Shown here: piece by piece, positions 25,602 to 38,267 of the stretch
Position numbering within the stretch: position 1 is the first letter of the stretch
How the letters are laid out: every line of letters starts with the position of its first letter
Source: Chiloscyllium plagiosum
Taxonomy: Eukaryota
Direction of reading: 5' to 3'
Assembly: GCF_004010195.1 (NCBI RefSeq)
Contig: NC_057719.1
Coordinates: 42,163,917-42,215,043, forward strand
Length of the DNA: 51,127 bases
The notes under the pieces: generated by a model
What the model was told of the DNA's origin: nothing
Database searches by the model: none
The model's input: only the letters and a program-made list of their open reading frames with translations
Translations under genes and position numbers: made by a program

Positions 25602-28600
25602 ATGGTGAAATTCAGCCTCTTTCTTAACCATTTTCCTGAAATTAAAATGGTGAACGAATGTGATAGTTAAAATTTGAACACATCTGAAGACTACACACGT
25701 ATTCATTTGCGTGGTTACAATGTTGGTGCCTGCAAACATCTGTGTGAAACATTGTGCCAATTAAATATCTTTCCTAACCTGAGTTCTCATTACAAATCAT
25801 TGACCACAACCTTTGGAAAATTATACCATAGACAGAGGATCGACAATCATCAGAAGAAGAAGTTCAAATCACTGGGAAACATACACAATAAGCAGTGGGA
25901 TAAAGGCAAGCTGCTAGAAGGACGTTACTGTGGGTAAAGATTCAATTCAATTTAATTCAATTCAGGTTGTCTAAAATGTGTTGTCACAGGCTCTATTGTT
26001 TCTCAGTTACAGTTTCAAAAAGGAAAACAAATTTAGCTCGTGCTTTGCACTGACTGCTTCAAAGTGCTGAATAGGCAACTAAATATTTTTGTAATGTGGT
26101 TAAATTCATAAGTGCCGTGTGTACCATTTATCATCTACAGCAGTAAAGCACTGAGGCCTCCACAGAGTCATAGAGATGTACAGGATGGAAATAGATCCTT
26201 TGGTCCAACTCATCCATGCTGACCAGATATCCCAAACCAATCTAGTCACACTTGCCAGCACCCAGCCCATATCCCTCCAAACCCTTCCAATTCATATACC
26301 CATCCAAATGCCTTTTAAATGTTGCAATTGTACTAGCCTCCACCACTTCCTCTGGCAGCTCATTCCATACACGTACCACCCTCTGTGTGAAACCTTTGCC
26401 CCTTAGGTCTCTTTTATAACTTTCATCTCTCACCCTAAACCTATGCCCTCTAGTTCTGGTCTATTTATCACATCCATGGTCTTCATGATTTTATAAACCT
26501 CTATAAGGTCACCCCTCAGCCTCTGACGCTCCAGGGAAAACAGCCCCAGCCTGTTCAGCCTCTCCCTGTAGCTCAAATCCTGCAACCCTGGCAACATCCT
26601 TGTAAATCTTTTCTGAACCCTTTCAAGTTCCACAGCATCTTTCCAATAGGAAGGAGACCAGAATTGCATGCAATATTCCAAAAGTGGTCTATTCAATGTC
26701 CTCCCATGACCTTCCAATTCCTGTACTCAATACTTTGACCAATAAAGGAAAGCATACCAAACACCTTCTTCACTATCCAATCTACCTGTGACTCCACTTT
26801 CAAGGAGCTAGGAACCTGCAATCCAAGGTCTCTTTGTTCAGCAACACTCCCCAGGACCTTATCATTCAGTGTATAAGTCCTGCTAAGATTTGCTTTCCAA
26901 AAATGCAGCACCTCGCATTTATCTGAACTAAACTCCATCTGCCACTTCTCAGCCCATTGGCCCATCTGATCAAGATCCCATTGTAATCTGAGGTAACCTT
27001 CTTTGCTGTACACTACACCTCCAATTATGGTGTCATATGCAAACTTACTAACTGTACCTCTTATGCTCACATCTAAATCATTTATAGAAATGATGAAAAG
27101 TAGTGGACCCAGCACCGATCCTTGTGTCACTCCACTGGTCACAGGCCTCCAGTCTGAAAAACCACCCTCTGTCTTCTACCTTTGAGCCAGTTCTGTATCC
27201 AAATGACTAGTTCTCCCTTTATTCCATGAGATCTCACCTTGCTGACCAGTCTCCCATGGGGAACTTTGTTGAAAGCTTTACTGAAGTCCATACTGCTCTG
27301 CCCTCATCAATCCTCTTTGTTACTTCTTTAAAAAACTCAATCAGGTTCGTGAGACACAATTTCCCATGCACAATGCCATGTTGACTATCCCTAATCAGTC
27401 CTTGCCTTTCCAAATATATGTACATTCTGTCCCTCAGGATTCCCTCCAACAACTTGCCCACCACCACCATCAGGCTCAGTGGTCTATAGTTCCCTGGCTT
27501 GTCCTTATCACCCTTCTTAAACAATGGCATCACGTTAGCCAACCTCTGGTCTTCTGGCACCTCACCTGTGACTATCAATGATACAAGTATTTCAGCAAGA
27601 GGCCCAGCAATCACTTCCCTAGCATCCCTTAGAGTTCTAGGGTACACCTGATCAGGTCCTGGGGATTTATCCAATTTTATGTGGTTCAAGACATCCTGCA
27701 CTTCCTCCTCTGTAATTTGGACAATTTTCAAGATATCACCATCTATTTCCCTACATTCTATACCTTCCATGTCCTTTTCCACAGTAAACACTTATGCAAA
27801 ATACTCATTTAGTATCTCCCTCATCTCCTGTGATTCCACACAAAGGCCGCCTTGCTGATCTTTTAGGGGCCCTGTTCTCTCCCTAGTTACTCTTTTGTTC
27901 TGAATGCATTTGTAAAACCCTTTGGATTCTCCTTAACTCTATTTGCCAAAGCTATCTCATGTCCCCTTTTTGCCCTCCTGATTTCCCTCTTAAGTATACT
28001 CCTACTTCCTTTATACTCTTCTAAGAATTCATTTGATCTATCTTGTCTATGCTTGACATATGCTTCCTTCTTTTTCTTAATCAAACTGCAATTTCTTTTG
28101 TCATCCAGCATTCGCTATACCTACCAGCCTTTCCTTTCACCCTAACAGGAATTTATTGTCTCTGGACTCTCGTTATCTCATTTCTGAAGGCTCCCCAATT
28201 TCCAGCGGTCTTTTAAACATCTTTCAAAATCGCCTTTATCACCTGGAAGGCCAGGGGTGGTGGTTGCATGGGATCACCATCACATGCAATTTCTCCTTAA
28301 AGTCATGTACCATTCTGACTTAGAACTACATCTCCATTCTTTCACTGTCACTGGGTCAAAATCCAGGAACTCCATTCCTAACAGCACTATAGGTCTACCT
28401 ACACCTCAAGGACAGCAGCAGTTCAAGAATGCAGTTCACCACCAACTTCTCAAAGGCAATTAGGGAACGGCAATAATTGTTGCACTAATCAGTAATGCTA
28501 ATACTCCACAAACAAATAAAAACAACGTGTTGGAAAACCAACAGCCATTTTGCACACGACAAATTCTGAAAGACAGCTTTGTGATAATGATCATTTAATC

Positions 28601-29068
28601 TATTACCAAGAAATTGATTGAACCTTAAATATAGGGTGGGACACCCTTGCTAACTCCTCATTCATCTTCAAAGTAGTCCAATGTCATCTGTCACATCTGC
28701 TCAAGTAGGGAACCAGGGCGTCCATTTAATACGTCACCTGAATGGTGATAGCTCTGACAATGCAGTTCTCTACCAGTCCCACAATGGGATGTTAACCTTA
28801 ATTTCTACATTTCAAGCCTTGGAATGGTATACTCAAACCCAAAACGTGATAAGTCAGAGATTGAGAGTGATATTGGTCATGGCTGACCCAGGGGAAAGTC
28901 TGCTCTCCTGGTCTATTTTCTGATATGTGTGGATGGAAATTGTGACATGAAAATGATCGGAGTTGGAGAATTTTGAATGGCTGTGCAGCTGAGGTAGATT
29001 TCAAAATAAGGGAAAGATGAAGGATATGGATATCCTGGAATGTAAGGCTGGAAATTTTGAAATTCAGA
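25602..29068 (+). repeat. Tandem duplication copy A (~1.4-kb unit interrupted by a ~2-kb CR1)
   Basis: 25602-26166 aligns to ~29071-29625, and 28217-29068 aligns to ~29626-30476. Confidence 0.9.
26165..28216 (-). mobile_element. CR1 LINE, 5'-truncated, ~2 kb (linker, RT, 3' end)
   Basis: KSPGPD, PLFKKG..KPGNYRP, QHG...KLCLTNL, SGVTQGSVLGPLLF and LEYCMQFWSP motifs. Confidence 0.95.
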
Positions 29069-29070
29069 GA

Positions 29071-30476
29071 ATGGTGAAATTCACCTTTTTTAACCATGCT
29101 GAAATTAAAATGGTGAATGAATGTAATAGTTAATATTTGAACATATCTTTGAGATCACACACACATCCATTTGCATGGTTACAGTGATAGTGCCTGCAAA
29201 CATCTGTGTGAAACATTGTGTCAATTAGATATCTTTCTTAACCTGAGTTCTCATTACGAAACATTGACCACGACCTTTGTAAAATTATACTATAGACAAA
29301 GGATCGACAATCATCAGAGGAAGTTCAAATCACTGGGAAACATACACAATGAGCAGTGGGATAAAGGCAAGCTGCTAGAAGGAGGTTACTGTGGGTGAGG
29401 ATTCAATTCAATTAATTCAATTCAGGTTGTCAAATGAGTTGTCACAGTCTCTATTGTTACTCAGTTGCAGTTTCAATAAGGAACACAAATTTATCTCGTG
29501 CTTTGCACTGAATGTATCAAAGTGCTGAATAGGCAATTAAATATTTTTGTAATGTGGTTAATTTCATAACTGCAGTGTGTACCATCTATCATCTACAACA
29601 GCAACGCACTGAGGCCTCCACAGTCACATCTTTCAAAATCGCCTTTATCACTGGAAGGCCAGGGGTGGTGGTTGCATGGGATCACCATCACATGCAATTT
29701 CTCCTCAAAGTCACGTACCATTCTGACTTAGAACTACATCGCCATTCTTTCACTGTCACTGGGTCAAAATCCAGGAACTCCATTCCTAACAGCACTATAG
29801 GTCTACCTACACCTCAAGGACAGCAGCAGTTCAAGAATGCAGTTCACCACCAACTTCTCAAAGGCAATTAGGGAACGGCAATAATTGTTGCACTAATCAG
29901 TAATGCTAATACTCCACAAACAAATAAAAACAACGTGTTGGAAAACCAACAGCCATTTTGCACACGACAAAGTCTGAAAGACAGCTTTGTGGCAATGATC
30001 ATTTAATCCATTACCAAGAAATTGATTGAAAATTAAATATAGGGTGGGACACCCTTGCTAACTCCTCATTCTTCTTCAAAGTAGTGCAATGTCATCTGTC
30101 ACATCTGCTCAAGTAGGGAACCAGGGCGTCCATTTAATACGTCACCTGAATGGTGATAGCTCTGACAATGCAGTTCTCTACCAGTCCCACAATGGGATGT
30201 TAACCTTAATTTCTACATTTCAAGCCTTGGAATGGTATACTCAAACCCAAAACGTGATAAGTCAGAGATTGAGAGTGATATTGGTCATGGCTGACCCAGG
30301 GGAAAGTCTGCTCTCCTGGTCTATTTTCTGATATGTGTGGATGGAAATTGTGACATGGAAATGACCAGAGTTGGAGAATTTTGAATGGTTGTGCAGCTGA
30401 GGTAGATTTCAAAATAAGGGAAAGATGAAGGATATGGATATCCTTGAATGTAAGGCTGAAAATTTAGAAATTCAGA
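29071..30476 (+). repeat. Tandem duplication copy B (uninterrupted)
   Basis: ORFs 28681..28923 and 30089..30331 give identical peptides at an offset of 1408. Confidence 0.9.
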
Positions 30477-30830
30477 CACTGCCATATCATGAACCGACAT
30501 AGTTGTACAAGCATAGGGTGATGAGTGACTAGAATGCAGCACAAATTAGGATCAAAATAGCAGAGCCTAGTATGAGCTTAGGGTTACGGAGGAGTTAAAG
30601 TAGATGCCTGCCAGAAGAATATTAGAATAGTCAATTCCGGCGATAATGAAGATGTGGATGAAGATTTCAGCAGAAGTTGAACAGAGGACGAAGTGAAGGT
30701 GGGCAATGTTATGGAGGCAGAAGTAGGAGGTCTTGATGCTGAAGAGGATGTACATTTGGAAACACAGCTCAAGATCCAATAGCATAGGAAGGTTGCGACC
30801 AGTCTGATTGAGCCTCTGACAGTGGCTAGT
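30330..30830 (-). mobile_element. L2 LINE 3' fragment
   Basis: KTSYFCLHNIAHL...AEIFIHIFIIAGIDYSNILLAG matches the L2 ORF2 C-terminus (RLDY.N.LL.G). Confidence 0.75.
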
Positions 30831-31139
30831 AATTGGTCTTGCTTTGACTTTGCTTTCAACCCTCAGGTCAGCTTGTGTGAAGCAGACTTATGTATCAGGA
30901 TTGAAATCACCTTTTTCTAATTATTCCCAGATAATCACTATCAAGGCAACAGTTTGTCTCTTTCACAGAGGAGTGGATGGAATAGCAAAATCACAAGTGA
31001 TTTAAATTATTTGTAAACATTCCCTTGAATCATGTAGAATTAATAGCAGAGCATCACACTGATATTACAGAACAGGCACCCAGATTCCTGATTTCCTTAA
31101 ACAAAACCCGAAAGAACTAGAGATGCTGTAAATCTGAAG

Positions 31140-31314
31140 CAAAAACAGAAATTGCTGGAAAAGCTCAGCAAATCTGGCGGCATCTGTAAAGAGAAATCAG
31201 AGTTAACATTTCAGGTCCCAGTTCTGAGGGTCACTGGACCTGAAAAGTTAATTCTGATTTCTCCTCACAGATGTTGTCAGACCTGCTGTGCTTTTCTAGC
31301 AACATCTGTTTTTG
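31140..31314. repeat. Palindrome of two inverted Penelope-like terminal repeats
   Basis: Imperfect ~79-bp arms (31140-31218 / 31236-31314). The arms resemble the gctggaaaagc.cagcag..c.ggc.gcatctg terminal sequence at 18650-18690. Confidence 0.8.
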
Positions 31315-31643
31315 TCTGTGATTTCACATTCCATTGTCCCCAGCTATTACTAACTGACCCCCAATGGAATATAATGATTTGGAATTCACACATTGGTTCC
31401 AATCACAGTAGATTTTGACATGTTGACATATTTAATCACCATAAAACCATTGGTCTGGTTATAATATTGCTTTACATGTTCATGTGAACTATTACAGACC
31501 AAATAGCCTGTTTATGTTCAGCAAATTCTATGTAAAATATAAACTGAAGTGATATACAATTAGTCCATCAGAGGGGGCTGTGGAACAAGCAAAAGCGTGC
31601 TGTTGTACCTGAAACTTAAACTGATCTCTTCCCTTTTCGAATA

Positions 31644-32018
31644 CAATAGCGCCTCGACATACGAACGATCCCGTTCATGAACAAATTGGTTTACGAACAG
31701 GATTGTACATAAAATTTTGCTTCAACGTACGCACGAAATTCAAGGTACGAACGAAGATACGAACGCAAAAAGCCTGTGTGCGACCACGTGGTTTCATTGT
31801 TCTGCTTTGCTACGCGCTTGTTGAACGCAAAAGCTCTCAGGCCCCGCGTGATCTCATTCAGTTCGTCTTTGGCGCGTGCGCTGTGAACAGCGTTCGTTGC
31901 TACATCCAAGCATTCTTACGCTATCCGAACAATGGGAAAAATTGATTCAGTTCGCAAACTTTTTGGTTTGCGTACAGGGTCCCAGAATAGATTAAGTTCG
32001 TAAGTCGAGGTGCTACTG
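31644..32018. mobile_element. Tc1/mariner-superfamily (Tigger/pogo-like) MITE
   Basis: TIRs caatagcgcctcgacatacgaac / cagtagcacctcgacttacgaac (20 of 23 match), TA on both sides, CpG-rich. Confidence 0.85.
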
Positions 32019-32844
32019 TACTTTTAATCAAGCATCTGCAGCAATTTCTGTTTTTATTTCAGGTATTCAACTTTGCAATTAGTTTTACTTTTTATTATTT
32101 TGATAGCAGGAAGCTGGGATTAGGAAGAGAACCTAGGTATCTTTGGGTCAACATGGACAAGATCGGCCGAATGGCTGCTTTCTGTGCTGTAAGATGGCTC
32201 GTGATAAGCTGCACTCTGGTTCCTGTCTGCACAAACTAACATATTTTCCCATTAGATAGTGATGAGATAAAGTCCAATTTCATTCCCCTGAGAGTTTACT
32301 CCCGTTGTGAAATGCAACTACAGTATTGTTAATGAAGTTAAATTGCCTCACATTATCTCAGCTAATTGCCACTGATTAATACAGTCCAAAGCATATAGCC
32401 ATTTCAACACCAGCAACAATCAGACACAGACATATGTTGTATTTCCTTATTTAATCTGATTTAACAAATAAGCCAACATTTAAATGCTGCAATTGTGACG
32501 AGGTTTTTGCACAATAATTAAAATATATTCATTTCCTTTGAACTGTGAGGTAGAGAAATGGAAAAAACACAGACACAAATCCAGGAACCAATCACGACAC
32601 ACCAAATTGAACCTTTGTCGAGATCCCTTGGAAAATGATAAACGTGTGTGAAAGCCAGGATCCGAATAACCCCCTTTGTGACCTTTCAATCAATGCTGCA
32701 AGGTTCAGGCATTGTCCCTGGTGTTGACAGACAACAGTGAGGCACGTAATCCGAAAACCATATTTTTCCCAACTAGTCTCCACTGCTCCCATTCCATCCA
32801 CTGCCCCCTAACCTTTAAGCATTTATGAGACTTTGTAATATCCT

Positions 32845-33005
32845 CTCATGTATGGGTAGTGGTGGTTTAACCTAAGGGTCACCATGCCTCGGGTGAGGGG
32901 AAAGTCTGAGAAACAGAGTCTTTTATGGTAACCTCAGCTGGTGCAGGAATTAAACCCATGTTGTTGGTGTCACTCTGCATCACAAACCAGTTATCCAGCC
33001 AACTC
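32845..33005 (-). mobile_element. tRNA-derived SINE fragment
   Basis: A-box-like agttggc and B-box-like gggtttaattcc on the minus strand. Confidence 0.55.
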
Positions 33006-33178
33006 CTTCCCTATTTATTAGTTACTATCTATCAAAGCAGGTTTCTGCATCAGTGACAGTAGTGTACTTCAGCAACTCCACTGTAGCTCTGCTAATCTCC
33101 AGAAACCTTACCTTATGTTACCATCCTCTGGATCAATCCCTGATACAATCAAACCGAAGACCTCTCTCCTTACCACTA

Positions 33179-33397
33179 CAGATAGCCCCTGCTATCCAAA
33201 AGTAGAGTGTTCCCAAGAAACATTTTGTAAGCCGAACATGGTGTAATGCGCAGGTGCGTGGTTTATATGGGATAAAGTATGGCTGTGCTTCGTAAAAGTG
33301 AAAATCCTCTTTGGAATCACAAAAACAGGTACAAATATAGGTCTTTCATAAAAGCTAAATTGCATACAGAGAACATTCGAAAAGTGGGGTATACCTG
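33179..33397. mobile_element. Older Tigger-like MITE
   Basis: TA|cagatagcccc...ggggtatacctg|TA, degenerate TIRs. Confidence 0.6.
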
Positions 33398-35063
33398 TAT
33401 ATGTTTCTTCATTTTGCCCAGTCAAGCATTTACATCCAATCAGATAACCTTGCATAATGTATGATTGGGGATGAAAACTAAATATTGTGGCAATGGAATA
33501 TGCATAGCTATTATATATAAAATGAAAAAAAAATTTTTTTTTCCAATTTTAAACATTAGAATATTGACAGGAAATTGAATTCAATCCACAGCAGAACAGT
33601 AAAAATCCTAGAGAATGTTTTAAGAAGAATTAACCAATTTGATTACTGTAAATCAATGTTCTGATGAGAATTACCTACGGTTATTTTACATTTTGCAAGT
33701 CTGGCTCACTGTCAGGTGTAATGCAGTCCAGGGTCACTGGAGAACTGAATAACTAAATCCAGGGGTGTGTTGGTTTAACATTCCAGGATGCAACAGCAGT
33801 GATTTAAGAACTGGGAGATAGCAACAAGGAAAGATTCAGCAGTCTGCTAAAACTGCACCAGCTTTTGTTATGAGTTTAAATCCAAGAAGGCCCCAACTGA
33901 AGTAAGTTGTGAAATTCTTCAACCTAAATGTATACAGAGTGTGGAGTTATGGTTGCTAACGCAGTTCTAGGGAGAAAATATCCAATTCAAGCTATCCTAT
34001 AATTCAGAATGATAACTGATCTCAGGGTCAGATGATATCAGTGCAGTAATAAAGCTTTCAACTATGATTTCTCGTATTAGTTCATTTACTGCATATAGTA
34101 GACAGCTTCTTTTAAATGCCAAGATGGCATTTATCTCAGGCCATTTGTCCTGGTGTTCTCAGATTCTTGATGGTTGTAATATGATTACCCACTAAACATG
34201 TCAGAAAAAGTTGTGAACAAAGTTCACAAAATGTCTTCTGTTTGCTAACAATGTGATGAATGATAAATGAAGTTTCTTTGTAACTGACCACAAAATCCAA
34301 GCTCATGACCTCAAACTTCTCAACAGCACTAATGCAGCTGCGTGCAATAATTATACTGACACAAGCCGTGGTGAATTTCTCCTGGAATCTCCCTATTCCA
34401 ACCATCAAAGAAATGCATAATGCAGTATTGTGTGGGGAACCTGTTCAGAGCGGATTTTGGACAAGCCACCACACTTACCCTTTTTTTCAAGCATTAACTG
34501 CGATATTCTACTAAACGTTTAAGGTTTGGTCTCTTAATGAGTGTTAGTGAACGGATGTGTGAAAAGTGAGGAGAAGTTGGTGAACGGCTGAGACAAGTTG
34601 ATGGATGAGATGAATAGTTGAGTAGTTAAGCTGGTGACTAATCATGTCAGGATAGTTGGGTCTGATGGGGGCATAGTCAAGTCCTGTTGGATGAATGTGT
34701 GAAGGAATGGAAGGGGATGTGATTAACAATCCAGCAAAGTACCTCAGCGTCAGAGACATTTGCTTAAAGTTTCTGGAAGCAGAGTAATGCTTCATTGGAT
34801 ATTTAAAGTTTCACAGCAATTTCCATAGGGGTCTATATATCAGAACATCTAAAGGATCCTAATATGCATCAGCCATCATCTATCTGGCCTCTATGGTTCA
34901 GGAAGATTTTAGCCATTGTATAATCAAAATTACTTTCCACCCATCCTCATCCTCATGACTGCTCTACTTCATGATTTAATGCTCTCAGCAGAGCTCACTT
35001 TGTAATGGAAATAAACATCCAGAATTTGAGTGTGAATGCCAGTTCAAGTGTTTTAATACTTAC

Positions 35064-36400
35064 TTTATTAGAAATTATATTTGCATTTGTTAATATTTTT
35101 ATTACAGTTTATTTGTTATGAAGGTTTGTTCTTTTTTCTTATAGGAAAGCTATTTTGTCTTGGAAATACAATATAAAAACATGGTATAAGAGTAAAGAGT
35201 TACATAAATATTTAACAAAATATTTATTTGTTGGTACAATATGACCTTATTTTTGTTATATTTTATCTTGTGCCCATTGAATATAAATATTCTAATCTTC
35301 AACCAGTTACCATTTTAAAAGCTTCTTTTACAAAATCATAGTCATATGTCTGTCAAATGTCTAGCTTTTTATTGATCGGAAAAGAGCATGAACAGCGATA
35401 TGAAGTTGAAGGAGAACCCCAAGCAAAAATGCACTCCTAAAATAATAGACAAATGTTATGCTTAGAGAATAACAAAGACAATTGTTTAAAAATAAACAAA
35501 AATCTTTTATGTTGATTATTTGAAAGTTAAAAATAAGATTTAGAATAAACAGTAACTAAATAAAGATTGTACACTTATTTTTGTTTTCAAAGCATTCACA
35601 AATTATTAGCATTTGTAGCACATTTGTCCACATATAACTGAACACTTGACTGTCTTTTAAAGAAGCAAGAACTGCAGAATATTAAATACAGTTGGCAATG
35701 TGACTTATGCTTTCAGCCAGAGATTACTGTCATATTTTATGTTCCAGTTTGCAGTGAGTCAATGAAAAATACTTTTACATCCTGTTTTATGCATTTACAT
35801 TAGAAGTCTAATGTGAGTGTGCAGCAGCTTTATGCTAACTCTATATCTATGGGATTGTAAATTATGCAGCAAGGTCTGGACGAACTCTAAAGTGATAGTG
35901 AACGAGATTACCTTCCTGGAAAATTCACTCCGGTCATGTCCAGTATTGGGCTATGATTATAGATCCAGGCTGCATTTATTTTATGTGTTGTGTTGGAGTA
36001 AGTCAAATTTCTGCCATTTCTTTTGTCAAGTATCATAACTGAATATGGCAATTTGCACAGAAAACGTATCACTCATTGGTAGTAACACAATGCTAATCAA
36101 ATTTGAAGTGTCTATGTAATCACAACTCAGTTGAGATTTTTCTCTTAAATATATTCCATTTAGACCTTTTGGAAACATCTGAAAAGTGTTTTTGTCTACT
36201 TTAGATGAGATTCAATGTAACAAAATGTAACAAAAATAATGCAAATTTAACCACAAATTTAAATAAATTCTGAGAAAAATGACATACATTCAATAATATT
36301 GCATATCTTAATCTCTCTTGAAAGTTTTGACTATGCTTTTAAATCATCTAATTTGTCTATCCAAACACATTCATTAGTTTTTGTTCTCGAGAACATGGTC
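35064..36400 (-). other. INF2: Putative INF2 3' UTR with candidate AATAAA polyadenylation signals
   Basis: AT-rich, repeat-poor stretch. TTTATT on the + strand at ~35064, ~35108, ~35223 and ~35368. Confidence 0.4.
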
Positions 36401-36459
36401 TTAAAGTAGAGTCATCTGTGAATTAGTTTTGATGTCATTTTTCATTTTCTTCAGTTCTT
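36401..36459 (-). CDS. INF2: Probable INF2 terminal exon, coding in the non-CAAX isoform (EELKKMKNDIKTNSQMTLL*)
   Basis: Good acceptor ctttgtttcag, phase-1 compatible, short basic peptide, followed by AT-rich UTR-like sequence. No recognisable sequence homology. Confidence 0.55.
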
Positions 36460-37589
36460 CTGAAACAAAGATCAGACAAAATCAAGTTATATTTTTTAGA
36501 CACATGAAACAACTCAAGTGACTTCATTATTTTCTGGCTATTTTATTAGAATTTAAAGGTTTTATTTATTTCCCCAGATTCCCTCTTTGCGGTATGATTT
36601 CATTGGGTCTAGCTGTCCTTCAATACCTCAGCAAGTTGGCCATTATACAAGTAAAAACCTTAACAGTAACAGTACAGAATTTATCTGCAAAGGACATTTT
36701 TGCTAAGCCCCTTTGGCTTTCCATCTGTGTATACCCATGGTAGAATTTGCTGCAGAATTAACTGAAGTACAACTAATTTTCATTACTTTCTCCCAGTGCA
36801 GCATAGGCAGAGACTGAAAATAAACTTTTCGGATCTGTATGCCTCAGACTTAGCGCCCTTTAAGGCAATTTTCCAAGAATTTCCGAGAAGGAGTTTCTCA
36901 TGCTGTGAGTGACATGTTGGAAATTCAAGGCAACACTCATGTAAATTTCCAGTATGTGCTTAAAAGCTGCCAAGTGAAGGCTTCCCATTGAGAGTACAAA
37001 CTAAAACCATCACTTGATGCGAATCTACAGACATCAGGAGAATGTAAATGAAGATAAAAGTGCATTTAGGAAAGCACATGAATATAACTAGCACGATAAT
37101 TAAGCTTCATGGTCACAAGTACAATTACTGTTAAGATAGTAAACTATACTACAGATCAATTTCCTATTTGATGAAATGAATATGATAATGGAAATAAGTT
37201 AAAAATGTGGTCTCCTTAAAAAGAAAAAAACAACTGACACATTGGACAATCCAAGTGAATAATTTAGTGTGTAAGAAAAAGTGAATCATGTTAAATGTTG
37301 TTGTGTTGGTTTTTCAGATGTATATAACGTAAGATTAATTTAAAAAAAGGTTTAAAGTACAAATTTATAAAGGATAAAAACATCTGAAATGTAATATATA
37401 ATGTTTATGTTGACCTTTGGTTATAATCAATAATAGTAAATTACAATGTAATCTACCAGTTTCTGATTAAGTGATTGATCAAACATAATCATTTTAAAAA
37501 CTTACCTTCCATTTGAGATAATGGTTTGTGTCTAGGTAGTCCTTTGAACCGTCTAATTAAACTACTTTTGCTATCACTAAAAAAATGCA

Positions 37590-37692
37590 CACGGACGTCT
37601 TCCTTGGTAAAGACAGGTGTAAAGTACTTATTTACCACTTCACTTCTACTCTCTGCCTCTATGTGTAAATCCCCTTTTAGGTCTTTAATCAT
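37590..37692 (-). mobile_element. Short CR1 linker fragment
   Basis: IKDLKGDLHIEAE..EVVNKYFTPVFTKED peptide, similar to ORF 50063..50245. Confidence 0.7.
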
Positions 37693-38211
37693 GCATGCTA
37701 CTGCATAAATTCATAACGTAACAACATCACAAATGCACTCACTAGTGGTCCTCATGTTGAAGTCCAACAGAATAACTAGATTCAAAATGGGATGTGGTTT
37801 TTAAAAGGTTTTTTAAACAATAGAGATTTTGGTGATGGAATGGGACTTGGGCAGGGTGAACAAAGGAAGTCAATGCAATATACCAGTTATTAAAATACAC
37901 ATTTGATCTTCAATTTTAATAGAATCAATTAGACTGAATATTGGCAAAATATTTCACTGAATAAATACCACCTTTTTACATCACTGTCCATTTCCAACTT
38001 CACTCAAATAGTTTGAGAAACAGGACAGAAGTCATTGTAAAAGTCAATCTTTTCTCATTAATTAAATGGCTGAGTATTAGTGTTCATTGACAGCAAGCAA
38101 TTTACACATAACAAAATAGCCTTTTTTCATTCAGTGAAGTGCCCAAGTAGAAAATGATCAAACATATGAGCTTTTTTCTCAGAAAGTATATTCAGCCGGC
38201 TCATACGTACC

Positions 38212-38267
38212 TTAGTGCAATAGACAGCTTTTTTTTAGTTTATTGCTTTTATTTTCGGAATGGTCAC
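38212..38267 (-). CDS. INF2: INF2 CAAX-isoform cassette exon (GDHSENKSNKLKKSCLLH*)
   Basis: Acceptor aaaacag. The 57-nt exon 38211-38267 ends TAA G|gtacgt. A lysine-rich run plus C-L-L-H-stop parallels the mammalian INF2-CAAX tail (..KKLCVIQ). Confidence 0.85.

Noticed and set aside
24507..25670. Long ORFs containing X runs
   Set aside because: They are artefacts of translating through the N gap.
37500..37692. Strong minus-strand donor (AAG|gtaagt at ~37505) near a CR1 fragment, as an extra INF2 exon
   Set aside because: There is no convincing acceptor or INF2 homology. It cannot be supported without transcripts.
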